NCBI GenBank assembly: GCA_027452085.1
Contig: DAIDHG010000019.1
Coordinates: 1 to 16,788, forward strand
Direction: 5' to 3'
Source: a bacterium
GTDB taxonomy: Bacteria > Babelota > Babeliae > Babelales > JABCYS01
Length of the DNA stretch: 16,788 nt
Part shown: positions 8,446-16,179 of the stretch, piece after piece
How the letters are laid out: the number at the start of each line of letters is the position of its first letter
Numbering within the stretch: position 1 is the first letter of the stretch
The notes under the pieces: generated by a model
Told to the model about the DNA's origin: nothing
Seen by the model: only the letters and a program-made list of their open reading frames with translations
The model's database searches: none
Program-made: the position numbers and the translations under genes

Positions 8446-9507
8446 ATGCTGTATCATCTCGCTCAACACCTGGCCCTCAAGGCTCATATATTTAATGTAA
8501 TTCATTACGTGAGTTTTCGCTCAATTGCTGCTTTGCTTACAGCACTTATCTTTTCGTTCTTGTTTGGTAATTGGTTTATTGAGAAATCGAAACTATTCTT
8601 TCGCGCCAAGGCTCGTGAGTGGACCCCGCAAACCCATCGTGCCAAGGATGACATGCCAACGATGGGCGGCATCTTCATTATTGCAGCTACACTTTTTTCA
8701 ATGCTGCTCTGGGCCAACTGGTCAAAGCCTCAGGTATGGCTCATGGCTGTCTGCATCATCGGCAACGGTGCTATTGGTTTTTGGGATGATTGGAACAAAA
8801 TCAGACACCGCAAAGGCATCTCTGCCCGCACCAAATTTTTATTGCAGGTTGGCTTTGCTACGGCGCTGATAATTGCCTGGCTCATGGCAGGCGCCTCGAC
8901 TACCATTACCATGCCGTTCTTTAAAAATATAAATCCTGATCTTGGCTGGTTCTTTGTTCCATGGGCGGTATTTATTTTGGTGGGCACAGCTAATGCCGTT
9001 AATCTGACCGATGGTCTCGATGGGCTTGCTATCGGATCGCTCATTCCAAACTTTATAACCTTTTCGCTCATCACCTATTTGGCTGGCCACGTTGGCATGG
9101 CTTTATATCTCAACATTCCCTTTGCTGATAGCTCAGAAATAACCGTGATCGGTTCAGCGCTTGTTGGCGCTTCATTAGGTTTTCTCTGGTATAACGCCTA
9201 TCCGGCGCAAATATTTATGGGCGATGTGGGTTCATTAGCCTTGGGTAGTGCATTGGCATTTATGGCATTGATGGCCAAAGAGGAGATACTCTTGGCTATT
9301 GCTGGTGGGTTATTTGTGGTTGAAGCGCTTTCAGTGATTATTCAGGTCTGGTCATTTAGATACCTTGGCCGCCGCTTATTTAAGATGGCGCCGATTCACC
9401 ACCATTACGAACTTAAAGGCTGGCAGGAAGCGAAAATCACCACGCGCTTTGGGATTATTTCACTGGTATTGTGCCTGTTGGCATTGCTGACATTGAAGAT
9501 GCGATAG
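8446..9507 (+). CDS. mraY: Phospho-N-acetylmuramoyl-pentapeptide transferase
   Basis: PTMGG, GFWDD, NAVNLTDGLDGL, NAYPAQIFMGDVGSL and FKMAPIHHHYELKGW; AAGGA RBS. Confidence 0.98.
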   Translation: MLYHLAQHLALKAHIFNVIHYVSFRSIAALLTALIFSFLFGNWFIEKSKLFFRAKAREWTPQTHRAKDDMPTMGGIFIIAATLFSMLLWANWSKPQVWLMAVCIIGNGAIGFWDDWNKIRHRKGISARTKFLLQVGFATALIIAWLMAGASTTITMPFFKNINPDLGWFFVPWAVFILVGTANAVNLTDGLDGLAIGSLIPNFITFSLITYLAGHVGMALYLNIPFADSSEITVIGSALVGASLGFLWYNAYPAQIFMGDVGSLALGSALAFMALMAKEEILLAIAGGLFVVEALSVIIQVWSFRYLGRRLFKMAPIHHHYELKGWQEAKITTRFGIISLVLCLLALLTLKMR

Positions 9508-9524
9508 AATTAGGATCTAATTCT

Positions 9525-9851
9525 TTAATGATTTTGATTCTTTTTTTCTTGCTTCATTTTATAAAGGCGATAATGCACGGCCGCTTTGACCGCATTCCAT
9601 GCAGCCATGCATGCTGTGGCATTGGCGGCGTTTACGGGTACAAAGAAGCTTATAAATTCATCTCGAAATCCGAGGCGCGACAAGGTGCCCGGAAAAAAAT
9701 GTTTGCATACAAAATAGCCGGCAGTATAGCTGCACGATTTCAAGGCACACCATTGTGCTTTTTCAAGGCTTTGCTGGGCGGTGCATGGAGCACCGGTGCA
9801 CGGTGCAGCTACTGCTGTGGCCATGATTAAGGATAATGCTATTTTTTTCAT
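9525..9851 (-). CDS. Small hypothetical secreted or membrane protein (108 aa, Cys/Ala-rich)
   Basis: Start reassigned to ATG 9851, which has AAGG upstream. MKKIALSLIMATAVAAP is signal-peptide-like, and the ORF fills the gap between mraY and the permease. Confidence 0.6.
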   Translation of the reverse strand: MKKIALSLIMATAVAAPCTGAPCTAQQSLEKAQWCALKSCSYTAGYFVCKHFFPGTLSRLGFRDEFISFFVPVNAANATACMAAWNAVKAAVHYRLYKMKQEKKNQNH

Positions 9852-9968
9852 TGATTGCCTTGTTGAATTACATATGTTGCATCGTGAAATGAGGATACGT
9901 AGCAATTGGATCGATGCAAGAGCCCATTTACACATATAGAAAATGGGTTTAATCGGCTTCAGAATCTA

Positions 9969-11279
9969 TTAGGCACGATTAGAAATGCGTGACGTCGCGT
10001 AATACATGCCAATGCCCACCAGAATCAGGCTGATAAAGCCGAGCAATGGCGCGATGCCAAAGATCACAAAGTTGCGCACGCAGCTGCCAATGAAAATGGC
10101 GCAGCTCATCAGAGCCAAGAGGGCAATATATTTGGTGCGACCTTTAAATGCCTCAGGTTTTCTCTGTACGGCGCATAGCAAGGCAAATACGCTAATAGTA
10201 TAGGAAATAGTGCAGGCAAGGGCGCTGGTTTGTGTGAGCGCAGTTTGTGTGCCGCCAGTGGCCAAAAGATATCCCATGCACAAGACCGTTTCTGCAATTA
10301 CGCAGGCGATTGGCATGCCATAGCGATTGAGGGTGGTTAACACCTTGTGACCGAACGTATGGCCATTCTCGGCCAGTACAAAAAGATTCCATGGGTTGCT
10401 AAAGAGAATACCGTAGCTGCTACCAAGCGCAGATGTGGCGATGCAGAGATGCACCATAGATACCGCATGCTGGGCCAAAGCAGGGTTGTTTGGCAATAGT
10501 GAGCCAAATAAGCTGGGATATGCCCCGAGATAGCTGGCTTGATTCATTAAATCGCCGTTGGTTGTGGCAAAGAAAAAGAGTTGATAGAGCACGTTAATAA
10601 AAAAGGCGGCAATAAATGAGGTATAGATAGCGCGTGGGCCATTGCGTTCAGAATCTATAATGGATCTGCTCAAGGAACAGGCAGCCTCAAAGCCGGTAAA
10701 TGAATATAGGGCAAAGGGGATGCTTAATGGTATACCTTCCCATTTCCACGAGCCTGCTGGTAAGGCGATGGCCGAAATAGAATAGAGGCCGCTCAGGATC
10801 ACGAAGATAACCGGCAACATTTTGAGAATAAAAAAGCCAGCATTCACGGTGCTGCCCGTTTTCATATGCAAGGTGTTTAAATAGGCAAAACAAACCAACA
10901 CAATGGCATCTAATGCCAGCGTTGGAACTGTAGCCAATAATGGTATGAGCTGCTGCAATAAGGTATTAACCACATGAATGATAAGGCTTGCCGATGCCAG
11001 CTTGCCAGTAAAATATGCCCAGGCGCTCACAAAGCCGGCAAAAGGGTGAATAGCCTTGGCACCATATTCATAAAAGCCGCCATTGGTGTAATGGGCCATA
11101 AGGGCGGCAATAGAATCGATCAAGGGCAAAATGAGAAGGCCGACGATCACATACCCCAAAAACCCCAGAAAGCCAGCCAGTTGTGCAAGCTTGGTGGTGT
11201 TCACAAAGATACCAAAGCCGATCATCACGTTGATACTGATGAGCGTAGCTTCGGTTAAGCTGAGTTTATTCTGTCTCAT
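9969..11279 (-). CDS. APC-superfamily amino acid permease
   Basis: Roughly 12 hydrophobic segments, TM1 motif MIGFGIF, GGFYEY...GF..AWAY and YSFTGFEAA. Confidence 0.9.
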   Translation of the reverse strand: MRQNKLSLTEATLISINVMIGFGIFVNTTKLAQLAGFLGFLGYVIVGLLILPLIDSIAALMAHYTNGGFYEYGAKAIHPFAGFVSAWAYFTGKLASASLIIHVVNTLLQQLIPLLATVPTLALDAIVLVCFAYLNTLHMKTGSTVNAGFFILKMLPVIFVILSGLYSISAIALPAGSWKWEGIPLSIPFALYSFTGFEAACSLSRSIIDSERNGPRAIYTSFIAAFFINVLYQLFFFATTNGDLMNQASYLGAYPSLFGSLLPNNPALAQHAVSMVHLCIATSALGSSYGILFSNPWNLFVLAENGHTFGHKVLTTLNRYGMPIACVIAETVLCMGYLLATGGTQTALTQTSALACTISYTISVFALLCAVQRKPEAFKGRTKYIALLALMSCAIFIGSCVRNFVIFGIAPLLGFISLILVGIGMYYATSRISNRA

Positions 11280-11336
11280 GTATAACCTTTAAAAGAAATT
11301 TGAGACAGAGTAGCAAGATTCTGCTCTTGAGGAAAA

Positions 11337-12059
11337 TTACATGGTCGGTTCTTGTACCTGATATACCTTAAAGGTTTTCAATTCAAAACCATCTGGATTC
11401 ACAATAAGGTGTAGGCGAGAATGAGGGTCGTCTTCAACGCAGATTGACGTAGATCTTGTGGCAGACCGGGCCATTACCTTAATAAAACCGACGGGACATC
11501 CGCCCTGTGCATTGGTATCAATTACCTCGATCTTAATGCCATTGCCCTCAACATATGTTTTTTGGATTTGCCATTCACTCATATCCTTGGTTTGGGTGAC
11601 CGGGTTATTCCAATGGCTTACGCTTCCCATATTTGGTGAATCGCCAGGGCTGTAGAGCCGGCATGGTAGGTTATCAATGGTCTGCCCAGGCTGAATTATT
11701 GGCCGCAGCTTATCTTCTAATGCTGCGCGCTGTTTTTTCATATCATTGAGCTCTTTGTTTTGGGCAGGGTTGCCATTGGCTGAGATGATACGGGTCTGGA
11801 GGATATCCATGTTGAGCAAAAGTTGCCGATATTGCGCCATGAGCACCTCAGACTGCATAGGGTTTTTGCCATCGTCGCGTAGGCGAAAGTTGTTGAGCTG
11901 CTCCTGAGATTGGAAAAGAACCGGCTGAAACATGTAGTTGTTGCAATGAATAATGAGCGGTTGGGTAGTATTGTTGGTGACGCGCATCACATAATAAATA
12001 AATTGATGGGCGCTCAAGGGGGCGGCGAGTAATAGTAGTAAAAATGCTTTTAACTTCAT
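11337..12059 (-). CDS. Hypothetical secreted protein (240 aa) with a central coiled-coil-like insert
   Basis: Start reassigned to ATG 12059, which has an AAGGA RBS. Signal peptide MKLKAFLLLLLAAPLSA; beta-rich ends flank a helical segment (YRQLLLNMDILQ...ELNDMKKQRAALEDKL). Confidence 0.75.
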   Translation of the reverse strand: MKLKAFLLLLLAAPLSAHQFIYYVMRVTNNTTQPLIIHCNNYMFQPVLFQSQEQLNNFRLRDDGKNPMQSEVLMAQYRQLLLNMDILQTRIISANGNPAQNKELNDMKKQRAALEDKLRPIIQPGQTIDNLPCRLYSPGDSPNMGSVSHWNNPVTQTKDMSEWQIQKTYVEGNGIKIEVIDTNAQGGCPVGFIKVMARSATRSTSICVEDDPHSRLHLIVNPDGFELKTFKVYQVQEPTM

Positions 12060-12139
12060 ACAAATCCTTTTGTTGTAAGTGTAGGGATTTTGGATGAAGG
12101 AAAGCAAGAGTTTTGACTGCTGCTTTTTGACGTATGCTT

Positions 12140-12214
12140 CTCAACAAAATACCAATCTCTAGGCGTCGGAGAGCCTGGGAGGCTCAACTAGCCTGCGAGA
12201 TTGTATTTTGTGAG
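12140..12214. repeat. Long imperfect hairpin / inverted repeat
   Basis: Paired arms CTCA/TGAG, CAAAATAC/GTATTTTG, AATCTC/GAGATT and AGGC/GCCT, with an apical GAGCCT-GGG-AGGCTC. Confidence 0.75.
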
Positions 12215-12233
12215 TCGCTTTGCCTTTGCCGAT

Positions 12234-12365
12234 TGTCCTGAGGCTTCGACGAGATCAGCCCTAAAGCCCTTCATTGCGAGTTGAAGCGTTTACCCCTGAG
12301 TTTATCGAAGGGTCGAAGGATTGGCGCCCATCGATACATTTTGCATTCGCAAAATACTCAGGACA
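12234..12365. repeat. Composite REP/MITE-like palindromic element built from CCTGAG...TCGAAGG units
   Basis: Terminal 9-bp inverted repeat TGTCCTGAG (12234-12242) / CTCAGGACA (12357-12365). Internal unit CCCTGAGTTTATCGAAGGG (12294-12312), its degenerate inverse CTTCGACGAGATCAG (12244-12258), and the hairpin ATTTTGC-ATTC-GCAAAAT (12338-12355). Confidence 0.75.
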
Positions 12366-12399
12366 GGGAAATTGAGTTGATATTTATGAGGAGCATCTA

Positions 12400-13134
12400 T
12401 CACATCCAAGAAAGATACATAGCTATTGAGCCAGCTACGCCAGCATTGAGAGATTCTACCTCGCCGGGCATCGGAAGGGTGACGGCCGTATCACACCCCT
12501 CAACCCAATGAGCAGGTATGCCATGGGCTTCAGAGCCTATAACTAAGAGAGAATTAGGTATTTTTTTCTTGATATTTTGGCCATCACTGACAACTAAGGC
12601 AACCAAGTTCATAGTCTGCTTATGCCTCAATAGCTCTTCCCAACTCCACGAAAAAATATTCATTTTAGCGATGGTGCCGGCACTGGCTTGTATAACTTTT
12701 GGCGACCAAATATCTGCTGTTTCTATAGCAACTACGGTGTAACGGTCAAGTGCAGCACAGGTGCGAATCAAAGTGCCGATATTGCCAGGGTCGGTGAGCC
12801 GCGCCAGCACAATACCTTCGCCCAATGTTTGTGGATTTGGAGCTGGGGGGATTGCAAAAACAGCTAAAATGCCGGGCGGGCTAGAAACCTGACTCATTTT
12901 TGCCATGACAGCTTCAGTAACCAGTGTGTAATCAAGAGTGAGTTTTTCAACAGCTTCTTGGGTGCGTGGTGTTGCATACAGTTGCAGTGGGTTTTTATTA
13001 TGCTCAATAAAGGTGGCTACGGTGCGTAACCCCTCAGCAATAAACCGTTGTTGTTGTTTACGTTCTTTTGCATCGGCCAACTTAGCGACCGCTTTTATTT
13101 CTGGATTGCTTATGGAAGTGATAGATCGCACCAT
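12400..13134 (-). CDS. TrmH/SpoU-family (SPOUT) RNA 2'-O-methyltransferase
   Basis: ITSISNPEIK start, FIAEG, DPGNIGTLIRT, VIGSEAHG and LPMPGEVESLNAGVA. Confidence 0.93.
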   Translation of the reverse strand: MVRSITSISNPEIKAVAKLADAKERKQQQRFIAEGLRTVATFIEHNKNPLQLYATPRTQEAVEKLTLDYTLVTEAVMAKMSQVSSPPGILAVFAIPPAPNPQTLGEGIVLARLTDPGNIGTLIRTCAALDRYTVVAIETADIWSPKVIQASAGTIAKMNIFSWSWEELLRHKQTMNLVALVVSDGQNIKKKIPNSLLVIGSEAHGIPAHWVEGCDTAVTLPMPGEVESLNAGVAGSIAMYLSWM

Positions 13135-13137
13135 GCT

Positions 13138-14232
13138 TTAGCTCATCACAGCATCTAAATCTGAATGTTCATTTGGTGGGGTGCGATTTTCTTTATCCTG
13201 CAGCAGTGGGCATTGATTAACGTGGCTGGCAAATGCCTCAATGTAGTTGTTATCTTGTGCTGTGTTAATGGAATCAGCTTGTATGGATAAGGCAAATAGT
13301 TCTGATGCCCATTTATAAAGCTCATTCATGGTGTTGGTGTTGTGAACTTGCTCTATGTTCAGGCCAATTTTTTTTAATTGCGATAGTTTATGGTTGTAGG
13401 TTTGTTTTGCATTTTTGCAATGTAATAAATCATTTACCTGGCAAAGCACACTATAGGTGCCTTGAACAAATGTTATTACATCTTCTGATGATGGCACCAT
13501 ATCCATTTCAAATGTTTGAATCATAGCGCGATAAAACTCAGCTGATTTTTTTATGTATATAGCTTTATCTTTATCGCGATCATCCAATAATGATGCCAAG
13601 GTGAAGTAACTCTGAGCAATTGAGGTAGCCGCCTCCTTAGTTAAAACCTCACCATTTCCAAAGAACTCCATAAGCATATCGCTTTGTATGGCCATTTGTC
13701 GGGCGAATTTTATGCCTTCCTCAGATAACGGATTGCTTAATTTAAAAGCCTGCGCATATACGCGTGCTTTGTGTCGGCAAGATTCAAATGGGGTGACGGG
13801 TTTTGTTGATTCGTGAAACTCTTCGTTCAATACATGTTGTTGTGCTTGTTGGAGTAGGGAGGCTGTAGAAGACCAACGCACATTTGCTATTCCTTTATCA
13901 ATAGCACGAATCTGGGATTCAATTTTTCTGTTTAAACACATGACACGATGAGCTTCTTTTTTACCAAGCAATAGTAAAACCTGCTCAAAGGTGGGCAGGT
14001 TTAAATAATTTCGTTTGGCTGTTAAAGGAAGCTCATCATCAAAATCATCTGCCTCAGATGAACTCATTCGATGGCTATGCCATTTTTTAAAAGGGGATAT
14101 GGTGAGCAATCTTATTTTTTTCGCATCCGGGCTGCAATCGTACGATGAATCGGATGTGGCGACTGTTGGTTTTGCAATAAGAAGCTGCAAAATCAACAAA
14201 ACAAAAAGTTGCTGTAATCGCGCAGTAGACAT
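13138..14232 (-). CDS. Hypothetical secreted protein (about 364 aa), candidate F-box-like effector, paralog of the upstream gene
   Basis: Start reassigned to ATG 14232, which has an AAGGA RBS. Hydrophobic signal LFVLLILQLLIAKPTVA, basic patch SPDAKKIRL, F-box-like LNLPTFEQVLLLLGKKEAHRVMCLNRKI and a helical body. The confidence refers to the CDS; the function is inference. Confidence 0.8.
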   Translation of the reverse strand: MSTARLQQLFVLLILQLLIAKPTVATSDSSYDCSPDAKKIRLLTISPFKKWHSHRMSSSEADDFDDELPLTAKRNYLNLPTFEQVLLLLGKKEAHRVMCLNRKIESQIRAIDKGIANVRWSSTASLLQQAQQHVLNEEFHESTKPVTPFESCRHKARVYAQAFKLSNPLSEEGIKFARQMAIQSDMLMEFFGNGEVLTKEAATSIAQSYFTLASLLDDRDKDKAIYIKKSAEFYRAMIQTFEMDMVPSSEDVITFVQGTYSVLCQVNDLLHCKNAKQTYNHKLSQLKKIGLNIEQVHNTNTMNELYKWASELFALSIQADSINTAQDNNYIEAFASHVNQCPLLQDKENRTPPNEHSDLDAVMS

Positions 14233-14268
14233 GGGTCTATCCTTTTTTACGCCCAATCATAAAAAACG

Positions 14269-16179
14269 CTATTCAGTGATTAAATGTTCGGCCTCAATAA
14301 GGAGCTCTTGTATCATGGCTGCTAATTCTTTTTCCGATGCTCGAGTATAGTAAGCGTCTTTTATTGTATGGTATGCCTTATGAGCCCATTTGTAGTATAC
14401 GCTATCTGACGCATTTTTTTCAAGATCCCAAATAAGCTTAATGGCGTTGGCAAGGTGCGATAGGTCTTGCTTGAGCTGGATATTATGTGCACCGCAATAG
14501 ACCATGCGGCAGCGAATGATCTGACAATTAGTTGCTGACAATAGCTCTGGTAATGTAGGCTCAAAGCGGTTTATCAGTCCTTCAAAATGCTCTAGAGCTT
14601 TAATTGCATGTTTTTCATAATCGTCAGTGTTGTTGGATTCCAATAAGATTCTGCAGTGAACTTTTGCGGCGAATGCCAGGTCGTGCCTCGTCTCCTGTAC
14701 GTGAGCAGCAATGTCACCATAAGCAACAGCTTTTTTTAATAAAGTGACATCTTGTTCATCGCTATATTGATATGCACGGTAGTAGGAATTAGCCGCAAAG
14801 CGACAATATTCGGTTTTGTGATGTGCATCCGGTAAAGTCATACCAAAAAGTTGAGCATATAATTCGGCGATTCGTACAGTAGCCTGTAATTTGCAAAGAT
14901 TGTCTTCGCTGTTTGCAACCATGCTTTCCAATGCATCAATTCGCTCAACAATGGATTGGACAAGGGTCCATTCACGCTCAAGTTGATGGTTAGCGGTTTC
15001 TGTCGGGGCATCAGCTGCGAGGCCGTTGAGTTTTGCATTATGTGAGGTGCACAATCCAATAATATCGTCTTCTATTTGATTCTGTTCAACTGATAGAGAA
15101 GCGTTATCATGCCGAAGTGTATCTGAAAATAAGTGTATATACGTCCCGAGCCGTTCATAAGCTTGTTTGAGTTTTTGGACTGCCTGAGCGCCCTGATGGC
15201 CTTGATCCATAAATAATTTTTGAAGATAAGGATATAGTTTGTTATTGGCTAATTTTAAATACTTTATGTGTTCTTTGGTTGTTGCTTGGGGATTTGCAGC
15301 AAATTGATCCTGAAGAGGTAGCTGCGGTGCAAAACGAAGGAAAAAAGCATCCCCGTTCAGTTGGTGAAAAAATGAATTGATAGCATGATTGCTTGGATCT
15401 AATATGAAAGACAAGAAGGCGCAGGTGGCATATGGTCTTAATCTCTCAAATGCTGGCATGATGTGCATCATAGCTTCATCACGGTCTGATTGTAATTTTT
15501 GTGATGCGAATTGTTCAGGCTCTTGAATGGCATTTAATCGTAGATTTAGATTAATAAGTTTATTTTTAACAGTTGTTAATTGGCCAGGTATTACCTGCTG
15601 GCTACGAGCATCAAAATCAAATAATCGTTCAGCTGGCGGGACATCAACAAAATATTGCATGGCGGCATGCTGCAACATTGGTATAGGGTTTGGGCTTTGG
15701 TAGAGCCGCTTTTCTATGTGTGCAAGTGATGGGTTTCGGCTCAGCCAAGCAATCAATTGTTTGCCTTGTGGCATACAGTTCGCTTCTGCAAAAGAAGAGA
15801 TTCTTTTGCTTACACCCATCAGGTTGGCCAAATCTTTATAGTGAAAGAAGGATACTGCTTCTTGCCCCCAGTCATTTTCTAACAATTGTTGACCATTAAA
15901 AATGCCGGTATTTTGCAGTGCACTCGATTCGAGCTGCATGGACGCCTGTTGGCTTTGGGCGAAAAAATTTTGAAATCGCAGGGCTGCGTCTCTACTCGAT
16001 TTTTTGGCGTGATTAACACTTTTAAATGCGCTTTCTAATCCACGTTTTCTCGTAGCTGTGCGCGGATTTTGCAGTGACGATGAGCTTGAGGTGCATACGC
16101 TTATTGCTGGCAACAAACATAGTATTGAAAGTAGATATAATTTTTTCTGCCGGGGACGCAAAATCTGTGGCTTAACCAT
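14269..16179 (-). CDS. Hypothetical secreted protein (636 aa), candidate F-box-like effector with a TPR-like helical C-terminus
   Basis: Long ORF with GGAG upstream. Signal-like KKLYLLSILCLLPAISVC, Ser run, basic patch RKR...KKSSR and F-box-like VSFFHYKDLANLMGVSKRI. The confidence refers to the CDS; the function is inference. Confidence 0.85.
   Translation of the reverse strand: MVKPQILRPRQKKLYLLSILCLLPAISVCTSSSSSLQNPRTATRKRGLESAFKSVNHAKKSSRDAALRFQNFFAQSQQASMQLESSALQNTGIFNGQQLLENDWGQEAVSFFHYKDLANLMGVSKRISSFAEANCMPQGKQLIAWLSRNPSLAHIEKRLYQSPNPIPMLQHAAMQYFVDVPPAERLFDFDARSQQVIPGQLTTVKNKLINLNLRLNAIQEPEQFASQKLQSDRDEAMMHIMPAFERLRPYATCAFLSFILDPSNHAINSFFHQLNGDAFFLRFAPQLPLQDQFAANPQATTKEHIKYLKLANNKLYPYLQKLFMDQGHQGAQAVQKLKQAYERLGTYIHLFSDTLRHDNASLSVEQNQIEDDIIGLCTSHNAKLNGLAADAPTETANHQLEREWTLVQSIVERIDALESMVANSEDNLCKLQATVRIAELYAQLFGMTLPDAHHKTEYCRFAANSYYRAYQYSDEQDVTLLKKAVAYGDIAAHVQETRHDLAFAAKVHCRILLESNNTDDYEKHAIKALEHFEGLINRFEPTLPELLSATNCQIIRCRMVYCGAHNIQLKQDLSHLANAIKLIWDLEKNASDSVYYKWAHKAYHTIKDAYYTRASEKELAAMIQELLIEAEHLITE

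Noticed and set aside
9471..9830. 119-aa plus-strand ORF after mraY
   Set aside because: It overlaps mraY and is antisense to the minus-strand ORF, which has an RBS and signal peptide.
11287..11335. Weak hairpin AGAGTAG-N7-CTGCTCT between the secreted hypothetical and the permease
   Set aside because: The stem is short and imperfect with no clear U-tract, so it cannot be called a terminator.
12171..12190. GAGCCTGGGAG matches the apical loop region of HIV-1 TAR
   Set aside because: Only an 11-nt identity inside a bacterial hairpin, with no other retroviral sequence; chance.
12234..12365. Possible CRISPR array or tRNA
   Set aside because: No regularly spaced direct repeats with unique spacers and no cas genes. 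The CTTCGA hits belong to the repeat unit, and I cannot build a tRNA cloverleaf or CCA end.
12281..12511. 76-aa plus-strand ORF (MKRLPLSLSKG...)
   Set aside because: It is a translation of the palindromic repeat and is antisense to the methyltransferase 3' end.
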